Source: Mobula birostris
Lineage: Eukaryota
Assembly (NCBI RefSeq): GCF_030028105.1
Contig: NC_092384.1
Location: forward strand, 54,815,553-54,873,285
Reading direction: 5' to 3'
DNA: 57,733 nt
Below, in pieces: positions 1 to 14,077 of this stretch. Position numbers and translations under genes: made by a program. Position 1 is the stretch's first letter, and each line of letters begins with the position of its first letter. The notes under the pieces were generated by a model. It was not told the origin of the DNA, ran no database searches, and saw nothing but the letters and a program-made list of their open reading frames with translations.

Positions 1-1739
1 CTAGACATCTAACCATGCCAAAACTGCATGCTACAAGGGTATAATCAGAGCAGGAAGGATCTTGGTTATATCAAACATTATTGCTTCAACAAGCATTACA
101 ATTTACCCCTCCTAACATATCTCCTTATACACAAGCAATATATGCCTTCTGAATCATGGCACTTGAACTGAGTATCCCCAGGATAAGAGATACAATACTG
201 ATGGCTAATTGATGAAAAATTTGGTCTGGATTTTGTTGTGAAATTTTAACTTGAAACAGACACCAATCCTGGGATTTTCACAGTCACATGGCTTAACAAG
301 GTAAGCTCCAAGTAGCCATGTTATTTTATAGCCTTCTCTAATAGAATCAAAGGGGTCAGCTGAACTGGCAAGATCTTCAGGTATTTACAAAAAAAAAAGT
401 TTCCTTACCAAGAATTTCCCTGAAATACTAATGTTTTGCTGTATGAGATAGGAGAGGTTTTAAAGTGACATACTTGGGCTTAGCAAACTCTTAGACCTTA
501 AAAAAAACTATCTGTAAATATGTAATTAGCTCTCCCACATAAACAATTCAAAATAAAATGGGCTTTGAACTAAAATTATGTCACGTGTAGACAAACTGTT
601 TTATGATATCCAGCCTTATACTTACCTTAATTGTGTGTGTGTCTTTCAATCTTTGGGTTAAGTTTTGCAAAATAATGAAACCTATGCTATACTTCTTTCT
701 GGTTTGAGAAATCATGAATGTGATCACTCAGCCACATTGAACTGATGTCTGAGAACAACCAGTGATGAAAAAGGGGAAACCCACAATGCAGAGATCTTTG
801 GATCATTAAAGGGCAACTTTCATCACAGTCAGAGGTATCTCTGTTCCCTGAACAGAAAAGTGATCTTTAGAAGTTCATACTTCAGGGAACAAATCTAAAT
901 TTTCATTAGAACACCCGAAAAATAATATGGACATTCATTTCAATCCAATGAGCTCTTCACTAATAATTGATGATTTACAAAAGTACATTAGTTTTGAATA
1001 TGTTCTTCTCATTTGAATCCCCATTATATTTTTCACAATATTTTTCATTGCATTTCCAGCTCCAATGCATCTCTACAATTGCCGCGAAGCATGCACTGCA
1101 GCTTGCGATTGCTCCACTCCTGATTCCCCTCCCTCTATCAGCATTCCAGCTGATATCAGCAGCTCAATGCATGAAATTCACCTACAGGAATCAGCTTCAT
1201 GCCACTCAAAGGAGCCGTGTTCGCAGCTGCAGTGAAAGATATATAACCTACATAATCAAGCAGGAAGAGGATTAAGTGTAGAGCAAGCCCTTTCCATAAT
1301 GCTGTCATAAGGTGGCACAGTAAAAGCATGCAATAACAAGAGACAACTTAAAAGGCAATGTTATACTTGGCCCTTAATATTAATCTGTGCAATCCCACAA
1401 ATAAATTTTCTGCTGTTTTAATGATGTTGTTAATCTGTTTATTTTGATATTAACGCAGTGTTTCTAAATTAGTAAGGGAGCAACAAATCATGTATTTTCC
1501 ATTTGAGTCAGGAGTGTATCAAAGGAAGGTACAGGGGAGAACAATTAGAAAAAAATGTAAAAACTGACACCATTAATGGGGAGTGGTCCATAAATCTCAA
1601 AAATCTATTCCCAATGCTATATCATCAAATGGAAAATAACTTATTTATATTAAGTAAACATCACTTTGCCCTTTCCAACCTTTCTCCAGCCAAGGCTGAA
1701 ATCCCTTGCTTATTATGACCTTTTAACAATCAGTGGAGC

Positions 1740-2690
1740 ATACAGCTGACCCCCTCCTGTGAGCAATTGCCTTTTTTCATATTAATAAATTGCACAAAAA
1801 ACATAATCTGCAGTCTGTATTGAAATACAGTGCAGCGCAGCAATTAAACAGGCAAGCAGCCACGGCAGCATCCTCATTAACAGCAGAGCAGGGTCATCCG
1901 TCTGCAGCACCTATCAGGCAACTGGACCACAGGCTCTCATCAGTCTTACAAATGCACCTCTGCACTTGGCAGAATTAATGTAGGTATGAATGCTCTAATC
2001 ACATCACTGAGCATTTCATTATCAACTTTGCTATGGGAAGTAGTTCAGGGAGATGGGTGGGTGGGTGGGAAGAGGAAAGATAAAGCACGCTTTGTCAACA
2101 AGACTAGAAAATCGGCCATCGCAGTTCTATTTTAAAACTGAGCACCTTTTAAAGATAAAACAAAACATTACATTTTCTTTTGCTATTACTGATAAGCCAG
2201 CGGCCAACACATGAAAGCGACAAGACTTTTACGATGCCAATTGCACTTTTAAAATAAAACTTTCTGAGCAGCCTGTGCTGTGGGATCATTAGATCCACTT
2301 GATAAATTATGCCATGTTTCTACTAATGAGGTCTTCAGTTCATTGTTGGGCACCAGTAGCCTCTCCCAATTACACAAACTGTCTTAACCACACAAGCCAT
2401 CAGACGGAAACTATTGCATAGAGAGCTGGGGGAGGAAAAGAGTGCCTGTCGTTCTTAGGCCTTGACAATACAAATCTTTCAATAATCAGAAAATGGTTTA
2501 CGATGAACATTCTCAATTAAGTAAGTAAAATGTGGCCAGTTTATGATGCAGATAAATTGATGGCTTCTATCACTGTAAGAGAAGCCTGACTTTTATTTTC
2601 ATACATAAATAACACCAAATATTTGCTAATGAATGTAATTTAATTAACAGTGCATAATTTAACTACAAAAGTCAACCATTTGTTAGGAGT
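1740..2690. promoter_or_regulatory. Candidate conserved non-coding element / enhancer block in a ZFHX3 intron
   Basis: Repeat-free, high-complexity sequence dense in TAAT/ATTA, CAATT, TGAT and GATAA motifs. Conservation was not tested. Confidence 0.4.
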
Positions 2691-3225
2691 AGGTAAATCT
2701 GACATATCTTCAGACAAAAATAAAGACTATGATGATATTGCTGACACATTTTATATTCCTCAATTACTGCTTGGTATCAACAGAAATTCTACAGACATTT
2801 TGTACAAAGTAGCAGAATACTGTATGTCTTCCTACCATTCCTTTATTGCGCGAATGGGTCAATGTCACCCATAAATCTATGGAAAATGCACGCGCTCAAA
2901 TACACAAAAGGTTCTGCTTTCGGGGGCAAGTGAGGGAAGAAAATAAATCCCAGTGATTGGGTGTTATTCCATATTAGAAAACCAAAAGCTTTGTACACCA
3001 TCCCTTGGGTGAAACTGTGTTACCTGTCAAATATCACGTTTGCCCACTCCTTTTGATGAGCTGTTAGTTAGCACATCTAATTGCACTGACAAAGCTCAGC
3101 TGATTTGCAATTCATCATTAATTTTAAGCCTCTTGTCCCAATATTAAAAATGAATACTGCATGTCTACAGAGGACTGCTCAACACTCTTCCACTAATCTC
3201 TGGGCTAATTTGCATCTGGCTTATC

Positions 3226-3292
3226 TCACACAGACACAGACATACAGAAAGATACACACACACGCATGCACGTGTGCGCAAACGCATACACA

Positions 3293-3323
<31 letters not shown>
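3226..3323. repeat. (CA)n microsatellite, imperfect at its left end
   Basis: Direct reading; pure CA run at ~3298-3323. Confidence 0.95.
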
Positions 3324-3328
<5 letters not shown>

Positions 3329-4563
3329 ACGACTCACTGAGAAATCTGTCAGTGAGAAATAATTACCCCAAGTATGTCCTTTAACCTCTTTACTGCTAGA
3401 AATGAACAATACATTGCTGCATTTTAATCAAAGCACATCAGTCAGTTCACTAAAAACCAGGCACTGGGTGCTTTAGATATGCCAAGGCCCAAAGCCCAGA
3501 TTTATATACAGAAACATTTCTCAAGAGGCTAGGCTGTATGTATCTCAGTTCAAATCTTATATTTGTTTTAATATCTCAGTGTATTTTGTCATTGTATTGA
3601 TCAGTATTTTTTTGCTATTAAACTTCTGCAAAATAACACACTTTGCAATTTTGTTCTTCCAAGACATTAGCAAATAATCTTGTAGATTTTTGGAAGTAAC
3701 TTCTATCTGAAACTTCAAAATGAGTTGCAAAATACAGATAACAGGGAATATATTGAGAGGGATTTGTTTTTCCCCAATTAGTTTTTAAAAATAAAAATAC
3801 TAGTTTGACCCTCACCCTCTTCCAGCTATCAAATCATTACACACAGGCAAAGAAATCCAGTTTATTCTATGCTGTTGCATTGATAAGGAAGTCATAATAT
3901 CTAAATCAAGACTCAGCATAGTATCTCATCAAATGTAAGAATGAAATCTACAGGATATTTACTTACTTCTGCATTTTGGACCAAGTTTAAGTTTATGGAC
4001 AAAAGTTATTGGCATATAATTTACAATACTATTTTACACATTAATATCCTGATTTTTTTCTTCATAGTCAAAAAGTAAAGATTATTATTTCTTTTCTCTG
4101 AAATGGTTATTCTTTTGACACATTTATTTAAAATTACTCAATCATTATGACAAGATTTGGGAAAGATCTGCTTAGTGATACTAGCGAAGAATAATTTATT
4201 TAGACTCTAGATAAGGGATCCTGTCTCTTTAAATACTTCTTCTTTAAATATATTTTAGGACATGACAAAGATTTCCCTATTTCCTTTTATGACTGCTTCA
4301 CTGAGCAGTGTAGTTCAGAGATCAATGCAGTGATTGGCAGCTAATGTATTTTCCCTGTTATGTCTTAGTAAATTCAGTCTGACAGCTGTTCTTACTGATC
4401 AAAATGGCAAAGGTGGTTTGATTTTTGTATATAAACTGCAGTAAATAGCACAGGGGAGATGTCTTAATTGTGTTTAATGACTTTAAATGGCAATACCCAG
4501 CAGATAAAAGTTTAAAGTTTAGTTGCACTCCTGGTGTCTAGCATTGTGCCCAAAGGTGTTTGA

Positions 4564-4693
4564 AGTCCTGATGAAGAGTCTCGAACACAAATGTCTTCTC
4601 TATAGATGCTGCCTGACTTACTGATTTCCTCTGGCATTTTGTACTGTATGTGCTACTCTGGATTTCACGCATCTGCAGAATTGCTTGTGTTTT
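4564..4693 (+). mobile_element. Solo PLE terminal fragment with decayed hammerhead
   Basis: agtcCTGATGAagagtctcgaacacaaatgtc...gatgctgcctgac...gcatctgcagaattgcttgtgttt is collinear with the 25 kb arm plus tail; the GAAA box is mutated. Confidence 0.75.
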
Positions 4694-7676
4694 TGAAAGC
4701 ACATTGTATGCTAACAAAGTTCTATATACTGAAATCTTTGTAAAAGCTAAATATAATTAAATACAAATCCTTATGATTTAGACAAACTGCTCACAGTTTC
4801 ACATTCTACTATTGAATTGTGCATGATAACTATTTACAGCTTCTTGTCCTACCCTGATATAATTCATTCATGGGCAGGGTTACTACACAGCAGATAGTTT
4901 GAGATTGATTAGTTACACAAACCAATGGTGAGAATATCATAAGGCTGTGGGTTGTTTATATTAGTCAGCCTCCCATAAGGAATAGGAAGAGATCAAATAA
5001 CATCCTGCGCAATAAGACTAAAGCTATGGCAACAACGGGAATGCAGCCTGAAGTAGCTGAAATCGGTGTTATATAAATGAAATGAAGAGAATTCATTGTT
5101 GGAGAGGGAGCAAAGAATGACCAATTCTGCCAATGACAACAAGAACCAACAGATCAAAACAGATGTATTACTAAGTATCTGAGAAGTAATTCGGTTTTAC
5201 ATCATAGTAAGTTACCCTGCTGGAGAAGATGAATAAAGACAACTCAGATAGTTTTATATAGAATGATCTGTGCATAAGTTGATCAAGAAGAGTGTGATAT
5301 AGTCATGTTACATTTTAAATTCTGTCGGAACCCAAAGTGAAAAACTTATCTGACATTGTGAATGCAGTGTGACAAGTCTAGTTCATTATGAGTGAAGTAG
5401 GTTTTCTTCAAAAGGGTTCTAATCCTGTGATTTTGATGTTCAAAGACTCTAATGATCTGGTACAAACTAGCACTACGCTAAATTCTCTACAAAGGCTGAA
5501 GGGATATCTGAAATGGAAAATAAAAATGCCATACTGGTAGAGCTATAAGGGAATCCCTGTTAATTCTGAATTAAGTGAATGGAGTTGAACTGCGTTTTGT
5601 GGGTCAAAGTTACAACACAGTTAGCAATGCTGCATTCAACTTGGGAATGATGAATGTTGATATTGCCACTGGACTCCAAAAATATTTCTAATCCCATTCA
5701 CAAGCATCTTTATAAGCACAAAAGAATTATTTTTCAAATTGCTGCCTCATCATTTGTTGCAACTCATTTTTGGCACAACTTCAATTTAAATTATTGATCA
5801 TATTTTAACAATGTGATACAATATATTTGCACTATTGATTTTACAAATTATCTACTGCACTGTGATTCATACATTTCATCAAATTAGTTAGACTAGTCAT
5901 TATATATTTATTTGCATGGAAGAAGTTATGAGACATCTCACTATTATTCACTTGCAAAATGCTCACATTGCTTACTGGCAGTGGCATAGTCTCTTGCAAA
6001 CCACCTCCTTCAGGCTGGGTCTGCCAAAAGGTAATCACAGTTTTCAAACATCAGCAAACCCGCTGTCGTTAGCATTTGCATTACTTTCCTACAGAATCAC
6101 AAAGGTGACTTGTAGTACTATTTGGTAGTACAATGTAAAAGTCTGGCTCCATATGGAAGGATCCCCAATTAGTGAACATTTGTGCTAACTAAACAGAATT
6201 GCTTTCACAATTATTTCAGAAACACAGGAAAAAAACTTATTAATATTGATTGCAAATTCCCAGAGTGTGTTCAAAAAGACAGCAAGTATCAACAGTAAAC
6301 CTACTGGTTCTTCAAAACATTTATTTATTCTGGTCTTCTCTGAAATCAGCCAGTAGATCTCACACAAGCACATTTGAAGTGGCTACTTTTACTTCACAGA
6401 GACTGGTGTAACCTTTTCCTGTTAGACAAAGAAAACCTTACTAACCCTCTGATTTCTAAGGTTGCATTCTAAGTATTCTTAATCGGATTTTATAGCATAC
6501 TGTAGCCAAGTTCATCAAAATTATCAAGATTATTTAGGGACACCTCTTAATTTCATGCTCATTTCATTTTCTCTCCAAATGTCTACAGGTGGAAGTGATT
6601 CAGCTCCAGATTTGCTGGCAAGTGCTGTTTTTTTTTATTCCACCTACCAAACTGACTGGCTCAAATCGTGGGGCTCACTCACGAACTCTGTTCCCAAGTT
6701 TATTTTGCATCAGTGGACAGCAAGTAGAAAGGCAATTAATTAGTCTTGACTCAACCCTGTTTTTGAATCTTTCTAACTAAAACAGCCATTTAAACACAGT
6801 AAACAAGCACTGGACAAGCACTAAATGCAAAGGTGAAGTGGCTGAAGCATTTCAGGATTTTATGTTTGACTGCACTTTCTCTGTCCACAGGGAGCAATCT
6901 TCTCCTACCCTAAGTCCCTTAAAGCCCTTGGCTTGTGAACACATCCCTCACAGAGATGGGCGAGTCTCCTTGCTTGGAGCTGGTACACGGTTTTCTCCTA
7001 AATGGTCTTTTAACAAGCATCCAAACGAACCCTCAACGGCCCTTTCATACCTCTTCTTAAGCACCAGGTCAGGATGGGAGCAGCATTTTCAGAATTCAAA
7101 AATACCTGCCCTAGTTCAAACTCTGGTTTGATTTAAAGGGACAGCTCACAAACATTGGGGTGCCTCAACTACCATGTTTAAAAGAACTCCCTCATTATTA
7201 ATAATTTAAACATTGCCATAGAATAAAGCAATGAAACTAAAAGAAAATCCTCTAATGCAAAAGGGACAGCTGTTATTTAAATTATATTTTAAAACCCAGC
7301 TATTATCTTGTCTGAGGTTCACAGAAGTTAGGCCACAGGATGCTTTAGTAACCACAGCAGGCACCACAGACCTTAAAAGATAACACAATTTCTATTAATT
7401 CATCTGTTACCCTGACATTAGTCCTGTAGCTGGGTGTGATACCCAACGCCCCAGCTTCTACGTTTGCTGTCTTGCTCATTATGCAATTTGACCAATTTGC
7501 TGCCAAAGGCAAACTCTGCCCTCAGGCGAAGGAGCAGTGGCTTCACACACACAAAAAAACAATGACAACTAAACATAAAACAACAGCGCTCCAAATTATT
7601 ATGCCCCACTCTATTGTTTGCAGAACTCAGTGAGATCTGTCAGGGGAGGGGAGATGGAGAAAGGAAAAGTAAATGG

Positions 7677-8078
7677 CTTGCACTGATATAGCATCATTTA
7701 CCTCAGAAGGCCCCAAAGCACTTTACAGCTAACGATGTGTTGTTTTAGAAGTGTAGTCACAGTTGGAACATTGGAAACACTGCAGCAAATTTGCACACAG
7801 CAAGATCCCACTACAAATATAACAATGAAAGGATTTTCCTTTAGTGAAGTAGATTGAGGGGTGAAAATTAGCTAAGACATCAGGGAGATTGCCCTCACAT
7901 TCCTTAAAATACCACATAGGAACTTATACCTCCTCCTGAGAGAGTCTGCGCAGTGAGATACATTCCCAGTAGTGCCGCATTCTGTCAGTGAGACAAGCTA
8001 CATTTTTGTGCTCGCTTTAAGTGAGAGTTTGACCCCAGAACCTAAAGCTGAGCAACCAGATCAGCCACAATTGACACT
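7677..8078 (-). mobile_element. DeuSINE-superfamily SINE (SacSINE1/AmnSINE1-like), decayed
   Basis: cccaaagcactttacagc...gaagtgtagtcacagtt...gcaaatttgcacacagcaagatcccac...gattgagggg...gacatcagggag matches my recollection of the reverse-complemented Deu-domain consensus. Confidence 0.65.
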
Positions 8079-9009
8079 GGGAACTGAACTGTGAAGCAGA
8101 AGTCAACAATGATGGGTGTACCACCTGAAACTGCAACAGAATGTCAGGGCTCTTCAGTGGCTTCTCCTCATGGTAGTCTGGAAATTAAAGTACAATGAAT
8201 GGGGGGCACTGTAAGCATGACACGCATCCTAAAAAATGCACTGCAAACTTATTACCCAAAGTCTGAAAGTAAAAATCCACGCAATTCATGCCCCTGCCTT
8301 ACATGGACAATCTTCACCTCCCTTTCCTTTTGACATTTCTCCTTTCTTTACTTGCTCTTCAATAACCCAATACTCATCAACCACTAACCCCCCATGGAAC
8401 TGTCTATCACCGCAGCCTGTTATTAACAATCCCATTAATAAGTGGCATTACCGGTATCCTAGAACTTGTGCTAATATGTATGGCCCCTCAGAGAACCATC
8501 TTCTGCCTCTGCACAGGAGAGTTCAGTCAATCTAAAGAGCTTTTTTAAAACAAAGAACCTTCATGCTGTTAGGCATTGAAAAGTGTTGCAGATTTTTAAT
8601 TGTAGTCTTTGATAGGATTATTGAGTTTTAGATATTAGCACTGTCACTACTGAGCTAGAGATATAGAGCACAGGAATGGGTCCTCAGTACACCAAGCACC
8701 CATCCACACTCATCCTATTTAATTTGCATCACAATTCTCCTAGATATATTTCTAAACTACACACCAGTGGCAACTTATCGTACACAGTTGATTTACCAAG
8801 CTGCATGCCTTTGGGATGTGAGTGGAGACCGAAGACACTGCCTGAAATGGGATTGAACCTGGGTCACTGAAGCTGTGATGCAGTCACTGTACTATCTGCA
8901 CGACTTCCCCTGAAGTTTTCCCACAGCTTCATGTAAGCTATCTTCTAGTCAATATGCTGTACAGCTTTACCAGAGGAAGAAGAACATTGATAACATAACG
9001 TTACCTTCA

Positions 9010-10330
9010 GAATCAGACATACATCAGCTCTGGCACGTTTTGCAGGCCATTACTTCCTACAAAGCAAAGCCTAACATCCTGAATGGTGGTGATGCTTCAT
9101 TCCCAGATGAGCTCAATGTGTCTTTTTTTAACACGCTTTGAAAGGGAGAATAAAACTACGTCTGTGCAAATCCCTGCAGCATCTGGTGACCCTGTGATCT
9201 CTGTCTCGGAGGCTGATGTCGGAACATCTTTCAAAAGGGTGAACCCTCACAAGGTGTCAGGCCCTGATGGTGTACCTGGTAGGGCACTGAAAACCTGTGC
9301 CAACCAACTGGTGAGAGAGTTCAAGGACATTTTTAAACTCTCATTGCTGCAGCTGGAGGTTCCCACCTGTTTGAAAAGGGCGACAATCGTACCAGTGCCC
9401 AAGGACAGGATGAGCTGCCTCAATGACCGTCACCCAGCAGCACTCACGTCTACAGTAATGAAGTGCTTTGAAAGTATAACCATGGCTAGAATCAACCACT
9501 GTTTAAGAAACGACCTGGACCCACCGCAATTTGCCTATTGCCACAATTGGCCGACAGTAGATGCAATCTCACCGGCTCTGCATTCAGCTTTGGATCACCT
9601 GGAGAATTGTAATACCTACATCAGGCTGCTGTTCACTGATCACAGCTCAGCTTTCAACACAATTATACTATCAGTTCTAATCAACAAGCTCCAAAACCTG
9701 GACCTCAATACTTCCCTCTGCAACTGGATCCTTGATTTTCTCACCGGGAGACCACAGACAGTACGGTTTGGAAGTAGCATCTCCTCTCTGCTGACAATCA
9801 ACACTGGCCAATCTCAAGGATGCGTGCTTAGCCCACTGATCTACTCTCTCTACACCCATGGCTGTATGGCTGGATACAAATCAGACACCATCTATAACCC
9901 TGTCAATGACACAACTATTGTTGGCAGAATTTCAGATGGTGATAAGGAGGTGTACAGAAGCAAGGTAGATCAGCTGGTTGAGTGGGGTCATAACAACCAC
10001 CTTGCACCCAGGACATGCCCTCTTCTCATTGTTACCATCAAGGAGGAGGTATAGGAGCCTGAAGACACACACTCAATATTTTAGGAACAGATTCTTCCCC
10101 TCCACCATCAGATTTCTGAATGGGCAATGAACCAATATACACTACTTCATTTAATTTTTTTGCTTTCATTTTCTTCTTTTTTTGCTCTTTTTTGTCCTAC
10201 TTATCTAACTTCATATATCTTTCTTATTGTAATTTATAGTCTTTTAAAACTATTATATATTGCAATGCTCTGCTGCCACAGAACAACAAATTTCACCACA
10301 TATGCCAGTGATGGTAAACCTGATTCTGAT
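9010..10330 (+). mobile_element. Rex1/Babar LINE, 5'-truncated and internally deleted (RT pseudogene)
   Basis: ORF 9083..10054 has KVSGPDGVPGRALKTCANQL, CLNDRHPAALTSTVMKCFE, LLFTDHSSAFNTI and QGCVLSPLIYSLYT. The catalytic xADD is degraded to PVND, and the element ends in a ctgattctgat tail. Confidence 0.9.
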
Positions 10331-12589
10331 GTCCACAATTTTCTTCCAGGCTTTATTGAAATTATTGAAACTAACTGAAGGCATTGGATCATCAATTCTG
10401 GTTGCTTTATTAAATGCCATGTGCTGCTCTGGCAAGTTTAAACCAAATAAAACTGGTCTCAGCTGAAGTAAACAGCATAGCTTAAATTCAAGTATTAATA
10501 TGATTATATAGACCCTTAGCAGAAGTTTCCACGGTGACAACTGGGGTATAATGATCCACAGCCCTATCACAACCTAAACAGCATACAAAGCATTGTGAAA
10601 GTCAGCACTGTGTTAGCCTTGAGAAAGGGAGACATTGGCCAAAAGAGGAATAGGTAAGTTAGATGACACCTTTAAAGAGTTAAAGGTGGTCCAACAAGGT
10701 GGATGATATCCCTTTATCCAATGGAAGTGTAAACATTATTTACATATTGGACTATAGTGCTTACTGTAAAGCACCCTGCTGCTTTATAAAATGCAAATGT
10801 GTGAAACCACTGAAGTGAAAGTTGTCTGACCTTTTTCAACCATCTGCATCTGTAAAAAGAAAGAGAGGAACTCACAAACCCCTTTCTGCTTACCTGCAAT
10901 TTTAATTACCTCCTCTCTTAAATCAAATCACATGGTTCCTATAAAGGTACTGTATTCATTTAAAAAATATTTAAAAGAATATTTCTTGATGAGAAAACAA
11001 GGTGTGAAGGATATTTTCCAGAGCAACAATGAGAACCAGATGACAATCTTTCTACCACAGGAGAGCTTTATTACAAAAGGATGTAATCTTCAAACACTTT
11101 TCGGCTGCCTAGGAACGAAAATGGAGAAAACATGAGTGCACAATGGCAGGTGATTTATAGACTGCAGGCATGCACAACGAAAGCAGCCAACAATTAAGCA
11201 AAAAAATTGTTAGTATTACACGAGAAAGGCCTAATTCATTCCAAGGACACAGAAACCCCAGACCAAGAGGGAAAAAGAAGTCAAGAAATTAATTGGCATG
11301 GAAATATTTGGTATTGTCATGGATGAAGATGGAAGTAAAGTGATACAGAAATATTTTAATTCTTTCAGGATTTAAATGCATATTACCCTATTTCCTCTTT
11401 TCATAAAGGTGCCACAGTACTGCTTTTAACTTCCCTCTCCATCTTTCCTAAATAACGTTATTCAGTACAAAACAAGTTCATGGTATGGTCTTGTCTAAAG
11501 CTAAGAGGGACAGGGGAGAGCCTTCTTAGTGGTAAAATATCATTTCTAATCCTCAGCTACATATGTGATATTCTATTTCTTTTACATCTGTGGCATTTCA
11601 CTGTTAGTTCTGTTGCTTAAAAAAAAGGGGAGGGGGCACAACGAGAGATTAATGGACAGATCACATTCCATACAGCTGTTATGCACATGAACCAGTGTTA
11701 TAAACTTGCCTCAAAGGATAACGATTGACCAACCATGAGAGGGTGATAGTGCACAATCTATCGGATACAATGGATTTTCCTTGCACAGTAAACTTATTTT
11801 CAAAGGAACTGTTGCATGACTTCATTCTCCTACTGCCTATCCTACCAGTTAGAAGATCGGAAAAAAAATATTTTTTTAAGTCTATGGAATTCAAGACCTA
11901 ACTAAGCAAAGTACAATTGGGAGCATTATAAAAAAAATCAGAGCTTTCCACCTCACTGTGCTCTTGCCAAAATAGCCTTGATGAACAAAATGCCACATTT
12001 ATTGATTCTGAAGGAATACTCCTCCCTCAGAATCAGTAAATGTTTTGTCTTCTCTACTTCTTGTTCTAAAGGAGTGTGTTCATAGTTGCTTATTCTTTTT
12101 TTCCATCACTGTCTTTGGTTTCCATTTTCCAAACGCTCCTCCCTCCCTGAAAGTGCTGCTGATTTTTCACTGTCCGGCTACAATTGCTTCTGCAAACGTT
12201 CTGGGAGCCACACGTTACATTCTCTATTCTTGTTCTGCTCTTCTGGACAATGGAAATAGTAAATTTCTTGGATCACACAAGACATCATAGCTGTCTCTTA
12301 TCTTGTGTTCATCTACTGACTGTAGTTACACTTTCTAGAAGAGGATAGTGGACATTCATCAGGCACATAAATCTGTCATTTCATGTCCTCACTGATTATT
12401 GATAACTCTACATCTAGTCAGGAACTAGATCAGATCTATGGTTACTTTTAAAGATAAATTAAGGGAACATACAGTTGGTTTGTTGGCTTTATCTATCTTT
12501 ACTCCTCCGTTTCCTCCCTTACATTTTAATATAAGGCAGACCTGTGATATCTCAAGCCAGTGGACATAGTTGACTCCATTTCTCACCAA

Positions 12590-13170
12590 TCTCGCCAATT
12601 AAAGCGTCAAGGAAGATTGAAATCAACTAAGATGAGAGCACAAGGTGCGAGTGTTCAGCACTGTCTGCCTGTGTGTGAGTGGTCTCTCTTCTGCTCCTGG
12701 AGCAAGGTACCTGTGTTCAGTCAGTCTCTCTCCCTCTCGCTTGGGTCTCGGGCAAGGTTTAACCAATGCGATTTGTGGATTGGACTCAGCAGTTCATGTT
12801 ATGGTGTGTTTCTGCTTTCTGGTCACTCCTTTTTTTAAATTCCTATTCTCTACGATTTTGATCGGGGCAGAATGGCTCTGCGGCCCACAGTCAACGAATG
12901 ACACATCACTAGATTGAACTGAACTGAGCTGGACTGAACATTTCTCGACTGTTTCGATGACTCTGTGGTTTGATGTTTTACATTCTGTGTTTCTCGCTTG
13001 TTTTTTTGCCATTTGCGCGATTTGCTTTTTTTTTGCACGCTGGACGTTTGATGTCTGGCTTTGAACGGGTTCCGTGTTTTTCTTTGTTTCCTGCCTGCCT
13101 GTGGGAAGACGAATCTCAGGGTGGAATACTGCATACATACTTCGATAATAAATGTACTTTGAACCTTTGA
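12590..13170 (+). mobile_element. Non-autonomous retroposon with a Rex1/Babar-type tail (5' boundary uncertain)
   Basis: The 3' end gaatctcagggtggaatactgcatacatacttcgataataaatgtactttgaacctttga is shared with the 30370-30449 and 43005-43262 copies; internal (ctgaa)n. Confidence 0.6.
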
Positions 13171-13541
13171 GACTGGTCAAAATGTGACTATTTGCTGACC
13201 ATCTGAAGATGCAGAGAAATTAAAACAAAACCTGAAGCAGATGCAGTTGCACCTTACAACCATATTTCTTAAGATTTGGATAAACTACGTGGAACAAAAA
13301 GACAGAAAACGTTTAATGCTATGCCCTTCTGTACCTCACTGAAAAGCAAGTGACATTTTGTTTACCTCTGCTCTGATGAAATAATTTCACATTTACTCTG
13401 ATGAAATAACATCACATATACTGTGCAAATCTTACTCAAAGACACTGAATCAATGACAGAATTTGAAAGCTCAACAAAGAGAAGCTTAAAATTCAATAAT
13501 CATCTTCATTACAACAATATCCTTGATAGTTAGCAAACACC

Positions 13542-14077
13542 TAGGGTTGCCAACTGTCCCGTATTAGCCGGGACATCCCATAAATCGGGCTAAATTGGTT
13601 TGTCCCATACGGGACCGCCTTTATCCCGTATTTCCCCTGATAAGGTAGAGCATTCCTAAGAAACTGTTTGTAAGCTGAAATGGCGTAAAGCGCAAAAGCA
13701 ATTACCATTAATTTATACGGGAAAAATTTTTGAGTGTTCCCAGATCCAAAAAATAACCTACCATATCATACCAATAATACATAAAACCTAAAATAACACT
13801 AACATACAGTAAAAGCAGGAATGATATGATAAATACACAGCCTATATAAAGTAGAAATAATGTATGTATAGTGTATCAGAATCGGGGAGATTAAGCCAAA
13901 ACCAATTTGTAGAAAAAAAAATCGGCACATACATGCATGCGCACGTCATGTATACACACACAGGTGCCCATGCAAGGCTTCATTCTCATGGTAGTCTTTC
14001 TTGGGGTAAACACAAGTGTCTCGTATTTGACTGCCACTTTTGTCCCTTACTTGGGAGTGAGAAAGTTGGCAACCCTA
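13542..14077. mobile_element. hAT-like MITE (536 bp)
   Basis: 14-bp TIR tagggttgccaact / agttggcaacccta, with a degenerate 8-bp TSD caaacacc (13534-13541) / catacatc (14078-14085). Subterminal tcccgta-like repeats are present and there is no transposase ORF. Confidence 0.8.

Noticed and set aside
9083-10054. 323-aa ORF as a functional or domesticated reverse transcriptase
   Set aside because: The catalytic DD motif is lost (PVND), the C-terminus is deleted and it sits inside a LINE fragment.
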